Positions 48,280-55,770 of a stretch of DNA of 64,000 bases are shown here, piece by piece. The notes beneath the pieces are model-generated. The model made no database searches. It had not been told where the DNA came from and saw nothing but the letters and a program-made list of their open reading frames with translations. The DNA is from Bacteroidota bacterium (lineage in GTDB: Bacteria; Bacteroidota; Bacteroidia; AKYH767-A; OLB10): the NCBI GenBank assembly GCA_018268195.1, contig JAFDWZ010000039.1:6859-70858 (forward strand), written 5' to 3'. The translations under genes were made by a program, and so were the position numbers. Every line of letters starts with the position of its first letter. Within the stretch, counting starts at the first letter, position 1.

Positions 48280-48998
48280 ACAGAAGCAACGTATAATGTA
48301 ACAATGCCAAAAGTCAATGGCATGATTTTAACTTTAGAATATCCAACTCTGAGCAATACTGTTTCCAGTTCTTTTCCTGAAGGGAAATTTTTGATAGACT
48401 CCGGCAGATAGCTGTAAGCTGAATTATCACCTGAAAATAATTTACCCCAGAATGGCAATAGGAAACGTGAATAGAAGGAATAAAATTGTTTCACCGGAAA
48501 TTTTTCGGGGCGACTAAATTCTAAAATAAAAACACAACCTTTATCACGTACCACACGTCTCATTTCGTGAAGCCCTTCCTCCAGATTCTGAAAATTACGG
48601 ATACCAAAAGCTACCATAGCCGCATCAAACTTTGCATCTTCAAATGGCAACTTTTCGCTGTCGGCAATCTGAAGTGAAATAATATTCTCCAGTTTTTTGT
48701 CGGCTACTTTCTTTCGGCCTATAGAAAGCATTTTTTCTGAAATGTCAATGCCTGTAATGCTTTTAGGGTTCAGGCGTACAGCTTCTATTGCAAGGTCGGC
48801 AGTGCCTGTGGCCACATCAAGAATTTCGGAATGTGCCACCTTGCTTATTTCCTTAATGGTTTTCCTCCGCCACATTTTATCAATACCGAGCGAAAGAAAA
48901 TGATTTAGAAAATCATAGCGATGTGCTATGTTATTAAACATATCACGAACCTGTTCTTTCTTTGTTCCTTTGGTATTATGGGGTGTGGTTACTTCCAT
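48276..48998 (-). CDS. ubiE: demethylmenaquinone/ubiquinone methyltransferase
   Basis: 240 aa with YDFLNHFLSLGIDKMWR and the SAM motif VLDVATGTADL. Confidence 0.9.
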   Translation of the reverse strand: MEVTTPHNTKGTKKEQVRDMFNNIAHRYDFLNHFLSLGIDKMWRRKTIKEISKVAHSEILDVATGTADLAIEAVRLNPKSITGIDISEKMLSIGRKKVADKKLENIISLQIADSEKLPFEDAKFDAAMVAFGIRNFQNLEEGLHEMRRVVRDKGCVFILEFSRPEKFPVKQFYSFYSRFLLPFWGKLFSGDNSAYSYLPESIKNFPSGKELETVLLRVGYSKVKIMPLTFGIVTLYVASV

Positions 48999-49000
48999 TT

Positions 49001-49954
49001 TTATTTTGCAGAAAGTCTTTTTACTTCATCCAACAACTGTGTTCTGTCAATAGGTACTACTCCTACTTTTTCGCATACGAGCCCTCCGGCAAGATTACTG
49101 ATGGCTGACATTTCTTTATTTGACAAACCGGCTGCCAACGCAAGGGATGCAACACTTATCACCGTATCACCTGCCCCGCTTACATCACTGATGTTGCGCA
49201 GATGAGCAGGAATAATTGCTGATTCCTTTTTAGAATAATAATACACCCCTTTTTCAGAAAGCGTTATCAGCATGGTCTGAATTTTTTGTTTCGTTGCAAA
49301 CGAAGATGCAATTTTTGTAATTGACTTTTCAGTAGGATTGTTTAAGTCCGTCTTCAATCCTTCGCGCAGTTCTTTCAGGTTAGGTTTAAACAAGGTTACG
49401 TTTCGGTAATGAAAGAAATTATTCTTTTTAGGGTCAACGGTAGTGGGTATGCCCTGTTTGTTGGCTTCAGCAACAATGGCTTCTATAACTGTTTTGTTCA
49501 AAACACCTTTGTCGTAATCTTCAAAAATAATTACAGAAGGTTTTTTCGTTCGAATCAATTGAGTGGCCTTTTTTATAAGCAGTGTGGTTTCTGCCGGTGT
49601 TAAAGGATTCACTGTTTCTGAGTCCACACGCATCAACTGATGATTGTTACCAATAACCCGAGTTTTAATGGTGGTGGTACGTTTGGCAGATGAAATAATG
49701 CCAGAAGTATTCATGCCACTGTCTGAGATTAACTTTTTAAACTCCGTTCCTGCATCATCCTTGCCTATCACTGTGCAGATGTAAGGAGTGGCACCAAGTG
49801 CATGTATGTTTACCGCCACATTGGCAGCGCCACCGGGTCTGCTCTCGCGTTTTTCTACGGCAACAACAGGCACAGGAGCTTCAGGTGAAATACGATCTAC
49901 CTTCCCCCACAAATAAGCATCTGTCATCACATCGCCTATTACCAAAGCGCGCAT
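49001..49954 (-). CDS. hldE: D-glycero-beta-D-manno-heptose-7-phosphate kinase (RfaE/HldE domain I only)
   Basis: VIGDVMTDAYLWGKVDRISPEAPVPVV plus the PfkB motif DVSGAGDT. Start placed at the ATG at 49954, because the TTG at 50020 lies inside a TATTTTTG -7 box. Confidence 0.8.
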   Translation of the reverse strand: MRALVIGDVMTDAYLWGKVDRISPEAPVPVVAVEKRESRPGGAANVAVNIHALGATPYICTVIGKDDAGTEFKKLISDSGMNTSGIISSAKRTTTIKTRVIGNNHQLMRVDSETVNPLTPAETTLLIKKATQLIRTKKPSVIIFEDYDKGVLNKTVIEAIVAEANKQGIPTTVDPKKNNFFHYRNVTLFKPNLKELREGLKTDLNNPTEKSITKIASSFATKQKIQTMLITLSEKGVYYYSKKESAIIPAHLRNISDVSGAGDTVISVASLALAAGLSNKEMSAISNLAGGLVCEKVGVVPIDRTQLLDEVKRLSAK

Positions 49955-50017
49955 CCCTTTTATCTTCTTCAGAAAATATTCGGTTTTTTCTACGTTCACA
50001 TTTTTCGAATTGTGCCG

Positions 50018-50025
50018 CAAAAATA
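50018..50025 (-). promoter_or_regulatory. -7 box (TATTTTTG on the minus strand) for the hldE-ubiE-porT unit
   Basis: Plus-strand CAAAAATA lies about 64 nt upstream of the ATG at 49954. Confidence 0.4.
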
Positions 50026-50145
50026 GGCAATGTACATTACTTTTTGATTAGGAATAAATCAGGTAGCTTTTTAAGGCTTAACTCCCCCTGAATATTCCTC
50101 TACAACGCATCACTAAGGGAGTTGCTCACTGCCATAGGGTGAAAT

Positions 50146-50181
50146 AAAAAAAACCGGCATCTCCATGCAGAAAGTACCGGC
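50146..50181 (-). terminator. intrinsic terminator after the 80-aa gene
   Basis: On the minus strand GCCGGTA pairs with TGCCGGT (two G-U pairs) and is followed by TTTTTTTT. Confidence 0.5.
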
Positions 50182-50206
50182 TGTGCCAACATCAAAAAAA
50201 ATATTT

Positions 50207-50449
50207 TTATCGCACGGTAACAGGAATAAACTCCATATCAATTTGCAGAATCTCAATATCATTGGAAGTTACCGGTGCCGACCTTTCCATCAGCAACACG
50301 CATCCGTTAATCACCTGCAGATTGCGATATTTATTTCCATCACGGGTTATCAGTTTCACACGGTGGTATTCCGGATTATTGATGTTTTTAAAAGCATGAT
50401 AGAGGTAATTTAAAAACCTCTCAGGAATGATAACTTGTTTGTAACTCAT
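50207..50449 (-). CDS. small hypothetical protein (80 aa)
   Basis: ATG start, protein-like composition ([41 protein letters not shown]...) and a terminator downstream on the same strand. The overlapping plus-strand ORF 50165-50413 was rejected. Confidence 0.45.
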   Translation of the reverse strand: MSYKQVIIPERFLNYLYHAFKNINNPEYHRVKLITRDGNKYRNLQVINGCVLLMERSAPVTSNDIEILQIDMEFIPVTVR

Positions 50450-50529
50450 TTTACAGATATTTTAAAGCATTATTTACGCTTAAAACCAAGGAAGGTTACG
50501 GTTTTATTAAGCCTGTCGGCATCTATCCT

Positions 50530-50537
50530 TATATTTG
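50530..50537 (+). promoter_or_regulatory. -7 box TATATTTG upstream of tyrS
   Basis: Matches TAnnTTTG 19 nt upstream of the ATG at 50557. Confidence 0.4.
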
Positions 50538-50556
50538 CCGCTCAGTTTTTTTTATT

Positions 50557-51837
50557 ATGAATTTTATTGATGAATTGAAATGGCGCGGCATGTTACATGA
50601 TGCAATGCCCGGAACAGAAGAAATACTTTCCAAAGAAAAAGTTACCGGTTATATCGGTTTCGACCCTACAGCAGATTCTCTTGGCGTAGGTAATTTGGTA
50701 CAAATCATGACGCTGTTGCATTTTCAGAGAGCCGGACATAAACCTATTGCACTTGTGGGTGGCGCCACCGGCATGGTAGGCGATCCATCCGGCAAATCAC
50801 TGGAACGAAATTTAATTGACGAAGAAACGCTGAACCGAAACCTCAACAGCCAAAGAAAACAGCTGGAAAAATTTCTCGACTTTGACTGTGGTGAAAATAG
50901 TGCTGAGATTGTAAACAATTATGACTGGTTTAAAGGTATCGGGTTTCTTGAATTTATACGTGATGTAGGAAAACACATCACCGTGAACTATATGCTGGCA
51001 AAAGATTCGGTAAAAAACCGACTTGAAAACGGTATGTCGTTTATGGAATTCAGCTATCAGCTTATTCAGGGATACGACTTCTTTTATTTGTGGGAAAAAA
51101 GAGGAGTAAAACTTCAGATGGGAGGTTCCGACCAATGGGGAAACATTGTAACAGGAACTGAACTCATAAGAAGGAAAGCAAACGGAGAAGCATACGCACT
51201 TACGACACCTCTGATTAAAAAAGCTGACGGAACAAAGTTCGGGAAGTCTGAAAGCGGCAACGTATGGCTCGACAGGCATAAAACTTCTCCTTATAGTTTT
51301 TATCAGTTCTGGCTGAATGCAAGTGATGAAGATATAAAAACCTATATCCGTATTTTTTCGCTGAAAGATCAGGCTGCAATAGAAGCCCTTGAAGCCGAAC
51401 ATCTGCAGGCACCTCACTTAAGACTGATGCAAAAAGAACTTGCAAAAGAAATTACTATTAGAGTACATTCAGAGGAAGATTATAAGAAAGCCGTGGAGAT
51501 TACAGAAGTTTTTTTCAATGGAACGGCTGCTGATTTGCAAAAACTTTCTGCTGATGATTTAGGAGATGTCTTTAGCGGATTAGGCAAGAATGCTTTTACC
51601 GTTTCAATGGAAAAACTGAAAGTTGGTTTAGGCATTCTTGATTTATTAGCTGCCGAAACTACCGTATTTGCAAGTAAAGGTGAGGCGCGTAAGATGATAT
51701 CAGCCAACGGAACATCCTTAAACAAAGAAAAATTTTCAAACCCTGCTCAAATAGTCAACGCTTCGCATTTGCTGTCAGGAAAATTTATCCTCTTTCAAAA
51801 AGGAAAAAAGAATTTTTATCTGTTAAAAGCTGAATAA
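50557..51837 (+). CDS. tyrS: tyrosine--tRNA ligase
   Basis: 426 aa with [14 protein letters not shown] (HIGH region), KFGKS (KMSKS) and a C-terminal S4-like domain. Confidence 0.95.
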   Translation: MNFIDELKWRGMLHDAMPGTEEILSKEKVTGYIGFDPTADSLGVGNLVQIMTLLHFQRAGHKPIALVGGATGMVGDPSGKSLERNLIDEETLNRNLNSQRKQLEKFLDFDCGENSAEIVNNYDWFKGIGFLEFIRDVGKHITVNYMLAKDSVKNRLENGMSFMEFSYQLIQGYDFFYLWEKRGVKLQMGGSDQWGNIVTGTELIRRKANGEAYALTTPLIKKADGTKFGKSESGNVWLDRHKTSPYSFYQFWLNASDEDIKTYIRIFSLKDQAAIEALEAEHLQAPHLRLMQKELAKEITIRVHSEEDYKKAVEITEVFFNGTAADLQKLSADDLGDVFSGLGKNAFTVSMEKLKVGLGILDLLAAETTVFASKGEARKMISANGTSLNKEKFSNPAQIVNASHLLSGKFILFQKGKKNFYLLKAE

Positions 51838-51841
51838 TAAA

Positions 51842-52765
51842 TCAGGACTGAGTGAGTTGCTGAAAAATATCCTCCAGGCGGCTTTCTTCTTTCTGCATAC
51901 TCAGCACGGTAATATTTTTTGATACCGCAAGGTTAAAAATATCTTTCCTTATATCATCGTCACCCGAACAGGACACCATCCACTTGTTTCCTCCGCTATG
52001 TTTAACGGAAGTTACATGAGGCAATGCCTTCAACACAGCAGAATCAATCTGCTTATCAAATTCCACCAGTATTTCATGCGAAGGTTTTACTTTATGACGT
52101 AACATGCCCGTATCATCATCAGCCACAATTTTTCCTTTGTTGATGATAATAACGCGGTTACATATTGCCTCTACTTCCTGCATGATATGCGTTGACAGGA
52201 TGACGGTTTTTTCTTTCCCGATATTGCGAATGAGATTACGTATTTCAGCCAATTGGTTTGGGTCGAGACCGGAAGTTGGCTCATCAAGAATAAGAACAGC
52301 AGGATTATGAATCATAGCCTGTGCTAATCCAACTCTTTGACGATAACCTTTTGACAATGCTCCAATTTTTTTCTTACTCTCAGGTGTCAGTCCGGTAATT
52401 TCAATCATTTCTTCAGTGCGCTTTGCTGCTTCACCGGCATTCATGTATATTCCTCCCACAAACCGAAGATACTCGCGCACATACATATCAGGATATAGCG
52501 GATTATGTTCCGGCAAATAGCCCACGTTTCTGCGAACATCCAACGATTGAGTTACGGTGCTGTAACCGCAAACTTTTACCGATCCTTCACTCTCCGGGAT
52601 ATAGCAAGAAATAATTTTCATCATCGTACTTTTGCCGGCACCGTTGGGGCCTAACAACCCTACTACCTGACCCGCATTGATATTAAAACTCACCTTGTCA
52701 AGTGCACGTTGACTTCCGTAAAGTTTACTTACTTTTTCTACTTCAACTGACATAGAATCCGGCAA
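51842..52765 (-). CDS. gldA: ABC transporter ATP-binding protein, GldA-like (gliding motility)
   Basis: Walker A GPNGAGKST, signature LSKGYRQRV, Walker B LILDEP. The blocks LPEHNPLY, TGLTPESKKKIG and STHIMQEVEAICNRVIIINKGKIV resemble Flavobacterium GldA as I recall it. The start may be the second ATG (MSVEV, 52753). Confidence 0.7.
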   Translation of the reverse strand: MPDSMSVEVEKVSKLYGSQRALDKVSFNINAGQVVGLLGPNGAGKSTMMKIISCYIPESEGSVKVCGYSTVTQSLDVRRNVGYLPEHNPLYPDMYVREYLRFVGGIYMNAGEAAKRTEEMIEITGLTPESKKKIGALSKGYRQRVGLAQAMIHNPAVLILDEPTSGLDPNQLAEIRNLIRNIGKEKTVILSTHIMQEVEAICNRVIIINKGKIVADDDTGMLRHKVKPSHEILVEFDKQIDSAVLKALPHVTSVKHSGGNKWMVSCSGDDDIRKDIFNLAVSKNITVLSMQKEESRLEDIFQQLTQS

Positions 52766-53644
52766 TTAAAGTTTAGAGGCTATACGCTCAAGCGTTTGCT
52801 CAATCAAGCGATGCATATTTTCCTCATAATGTTTTGAAAACTGTTGTGAGATACGATTTGCAACAATCAGGTTAACAGCGCAACAATGATGTCCCAGCAA
52901 TTTTGCCAAACCATACATAGCTCCTGTTTCCATTTCAAAGTTGGTTACTTTATGTGCACCATGCTTGAAAGTGTTGAGTTTTTCAATCATATCAGTACGT
53001 GCCAGTTCATAGCGGAGCACTCGGCCCTGTGGTGCATAAAATCCGGAACATGATGCGGTGATTCCTTTAAACATTCCATCGGAAATAGCCTCTTCCAACT
53101 TTGAAGAACAACGTGTAAGGTACGACTGTGGCAACACACCCATATTGGGGTAATGTTTTCTGAAACTCTCAATGATTTCACTTTCTTCAGCCGTATTTTG
53201 GTATTTGTAAAAATTCATCAGGCCATCCAAACCAAGTCCGAAAGTCGAAAACACAAATGAGTCAACCGGAATTTCGGGTTGCAAAGCACCGGAGGTACCA
53301 ATTCGTATCAGATGCAATGCAGTGAGTTTATCTTTCACAACTCTGTTTTTCAAATCAATATTTACAAGAGCATCCAGTTCATTATAAACAATATCAATAT
53401 TGTCAGTGCCAATACCGGTTGAAAGAACAGTAATACGTCTTCCTTTATAATAGCCGGTGTGAGTCACAAATTCACGTTTTTGCTTTTTTAGTTCAATACG
53501 ATCAAAAAAAGAACTGACTTTAATCACCCTGTCGGGGTCGCCAACATTAATCACTACATCTGAAATATCTTCAGGTAGGAGGTTCAGGTGGTAAACACTG
53601 CCGTCACCATTGAGTATCAGTTCTGATTCAGGAATTTTATTCAT
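52766..53644 (-). CDS. nucleoside phosphorylase (PNP_UDP_1 family, uridine phosphorylase-like)
   Basis: 292 aa with TGIGTDNIDI, IRIGTSGAL and FEMETGAMY. Confidence 0.8.
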   Translation of the reverse strand: MNKIPESELILNGDGSVYHLNLLPEDISDVVINVGDPDRVIKVSSFFDRIELKKQKREFVTHTGYYKGRRITVLSTGIGTDNIDIVYNELDALVNIDLKNRVVKDKLTALHLIRIGTSGALQPEIPVDSFVFSTFGLGLDGLMNFYKYQNTAEESEIIESFRKHYPNMGVLPQSYLTRCSSKLEEAISDGMFKGITASCSGFYAPQGRVLRYELARTDMIEKLNTFKHGAHKVTNFEMETGAMYGLAKLLGHHCCAVNLIVANRISQQFSKHYEENMHRLIEQTLERIASKL

Positions 53645-53805
53645 GATAAAAATAAATTAAGCCGCTAAAGTAAACGTTATTGAGGCATTTTGAAATGAAG
53701 GTATTAAAAATACCATAACAAACATCCCGATTCTATGGATGTTGAACCCTCCAAATTGGTCTTTTAAAAGAGGGCATTCGTATTTAAATGGGAGTTTCAC
53801 AGAAT

Positions 53806-53823
53806 AATCACAAAAATGTGATT
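53806..53823. promoter_or_regulatory. perfect palindrome AATCACA-N4-TGTGATT, candidate regulator binding site upstream of the USP pair
   Basis: 7-bp arms with an AAAA spacer. The centre lies about 49 bp upstream of the start of the -7 box at 53863-53870. Confidence 0.3.
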
Positions 53824-53862
53824 TGGAACAAAATAATTGATATTTTTTTCAATCCTTTGTTT

Positions 53863-53870
53863 TATATTTG
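53863..53870 (+). promoter_or_regulatory. -7 box TATATTTG upstream of the first USP gene
   Basis: Matches TAnnTTTG 25 nt upstream of the ATG at 53896. A TTG at 53837-53839 could serve as the -33 element. Confidence 0.45.
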
Positions 53871-53895
53871 CCAATAGATTAAACCACATTAGGGT

Positions 53896-54780
53896 ATGGA
53901 CAAAGAGAAGAAGATTATCATTTCCCCCATTGATTTTTCGGAACAATCATTAATAGCTTTAGAACAATCTTACAACCTAGCAAGGCTGACAAATAGTGAT
54001 TTACGATTGCTATATGTAATTGATCAGGATTTTCTGACCCATCTTACGAATACAATTTTCTCTAAAGAAAATTATGCCGATCAGGTGCGCAATGATATAG
54101 AGAGAAAACTGGACGAACTGGCTACTAAAATTAAGCAACAGGAAGGTATTAATACTTCTACCAACATTCGCACAGGCAAAATTTATGATGAGATAGTTGC
54201 CGAAGCTTATGATACGGATGCTGCTTTTATAGTTATGGGAACGCAAGGAGCCAGCACCATCAGGAAAAAATTTCTGGGTTCAAATACTTCAAGAGTAATC
54301 CGTGAAGCATTGTGTCCGGTTATTACTATAAAAGGACATTCGCATTACAAAGGATGTAAAAACATTGCGCTGCCACTGGATTTGACGAAAGAAACACGAG
54401 AGAAAGTAAATTATGCAATAGATTTCGCTAAATTATTCGGGGCAACTGTGCATGTGTTTTCGGTATTGGAAACCCATGACGAGTTTCATGTAAACAAATT
54501 AGAACGACAACTGCAGCAGGTAACTACCTTTATTTCAGAATCAGGTGTAAAATGTACCGGAGAACTTATTGAGGAAAAAGACGATGTACCACATTCAATC
54601 ATTTCGTATGCCAACAAGCAAGAATGTGATTTGATAATTATTATGACTCAAAACGAGACCCACATTACAAACCTGTTCATAGGCACTGCAGCGCAAGAAG
54701 TGATAAACAATTCGGACATACCGGTACTTTGTATTCGCCCGATGGTACGTAAGGATTTAACTGAATATGTACTTTCATAA
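53896..54780 (+). CDS. universal stress protein, tandem Usp domains
   Basis: 294 aa with two Usp modules (IVMGTQGASTIRKKFLGSNTSRVIREALCPVITIK; IIMTQNETHITNLFIGTAAQEVINNSDIPVLCIRP). Confidence 0.85.
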   Translation: MDKEKKIIISPIDFSEQSLIALEQSYNLARLTNSDLRLLYVIDQDFLTHLTNTIFSKENYADQVRNDIERKLDELATKIKQQEGINTSTNIRTGKIYDEIVAEAYDTDAAFIVMGTQGASTIRKKFLGSNTSRVIREALCPVITIKGHSHYKGCKNIALPLDLTKETREKVNYAIDFAKLFGATVHVFSVLETHDEFHVNKLERQLQQVTTFISESGVKCTGELIEEKDDVPHSIISYANKQECDLIIIMTQNETHITNLFIGTAAQEVINNSDIPVLCIRPMVRKDLTEYVLS

Positions 54781-54792
54781 TATATAATTCCT

Positions 54793-55677
54793 ATGTCAAC
54801 AACAACCTTTGAGATCAAACGGATACTGATTCCTTATGATTTTTCTGAAACAGCAGATTTAAGTCTTGAGCACGCTGTATTTATGGCCAAATTACTAAAG
54901 GCAGATATTTACATGCTTCATATTCTGGAGTCTGTATCATTTACCTCAGCTTTCGGTGCAGCTTTTGGCAGCGTAGATAAAAAACTGGGGTCTGAATCAA
55001 ATGCAAAACTGGAGGAAATGGCACACCATATTTATTCCAACAGTGGTGTCACCGTAAAATGTTTCACTGAAGTCGGACGTATTTACAAGAAAATTGTAGA
55101 GGTAGCAAAGCGTGAATCTATTGATATCATCATCATGGGTACGCATGGCGCATCCGGTTACACGAAATTCAGAGCAGGAACCAACACCAGTAAGGTTGTT
55201 GAAGAGGCGGTATGCCCGGTTATTTCAGTGCAGAAACTAAGTCACCGTGTTGGCTTCAAGAAAATAGTTATTCCGATTGACAACACGCCACAATCACGTC
55301 AGAAAGTAAGTTATGCACTTGAAGTGGCAAGAGCATATCAGGCTCATGTTTATGTTGTGGGATTGGTTAATTTTTCGAATGAGGAAAACGTCCGCAAATT
55401 CCATATAAAAGTAGATCAGGTTCAGGAATGGCTTGCTGAACATGAAATAACTTCTGAAAAGAAATTTGTTGAAGGTGATAACCTTGCTAAGATGACTATG
55501 CAGGTAGCAGAAGATTTGGATGCCGACCTGATAGTAATTATGACGGAGCAAGAGCCTTCCATAACAGGTTTGTTCCTTGGTACCTATGCAACGCAGGTAG
55601 TTAATCACAGTAAAATTCCGGTAATGGCAGTGCATCCGCAATCATCCGATTTAAGCACTGCTACTTTGGGTTATTAG
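54793..55677 (+). CDS. universal stress protein, tandem Usp domains (paralog of the preceding gene)
   Basis: 294 aa with the same architecture (IIMGTHGASGYTKFRAGTNTSKVVEEAVCPVISVQ; VIMTEQEPSITGLFLGTYATQVVNHSKIPVMAVHP). Lies 12 nt after the first copy. Confidence 0.85.
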   Translation: MSTTTFEIKRILIPYDFSETADLSLEHAVFMAKLLKADIYMLHILESVSFTSAFGAAFGSVDKKLGSESNAKLEEMAHHIYSNSGVTVKCFTEVGRIYKKIVEVAKRESIDIIIMGTHGASGYTKFRAGTNTSKVVEEAVCPVISVQKLSHRVGFKKIVIPIDNTPQSRQKVSYALEVARAYQAHVYVVGLVNFSNEENVRKFHIKVDQVQEWLAEHEITSEKKFVEGDNLAKMTMQVAEDLDADLIVIMTEQEPSITGLFLGTYATQVVNHSKIPVMAVHPQSSDLSTATLGY

Positions 55678-55700
55678 AAAATAATTTTTTCATTATTTAA

Positions 55701-55737
55701 ACACGAGGCACTGTTAACAGTGCCTCGTGTTTTTTTT
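55701..55737 (+). terminator. strong intrinsic terminator after the USP pair
   Basis: ACACGAGGCACTG-TTAA-CAGTGCCTCGTGT, a 13-bp perfect stem, followed by TTTTTTT. Confidence 0.85.
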
Positions 55738-55744
55738 AGCTTTG
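55737..55744 (+). promoter_or_regulatory. -7 box TAGCTTTG for the C45/PaaK-like unit
   Basis: Matches TAnnTTTG immediately after the terminator and 27 nt upstream of the ATG at 55771. Confidence 0.4.
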
Positions 55745-55770
55745 CAATGTTATTTGGCAAAAAGTATCAG

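Noticed and set aside
50165-50413. 82-aa plus-strand ORF overlapping the 80-aa minus-strand ORF
   Set aside because: The only terminator-like structure (50146-50181) is oriented for the minus strand. The plus-strand product is His/Ile/Phe-rich and starts within that terminator region.
50812-51417. 201-aa ORF antisense to tyrS, the longest non-annotated ORF in the window
   Set aside because: It is fully embedded antisense in a well-supported aaRS gene. Its composition is Phe/Cys/Ser/Val-rich and low-complexity, typical of the reverse strand of AT-rich coding DNA. It has no promoter box or terminator of its own.
53645-53800. Cluster of short hairpins (GGTAT-TAAAA-ATACC, CATCC...GGATG, CCCTC...GAGGG) upstream of the USP promoter as a possible structured RNA
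   Set aside because: The stems are only 5 bp with no covariation evidence available, and none resembles a riboswitch or sRNA class I know. I kept only the perfect 7-bp palindrome as a finding.
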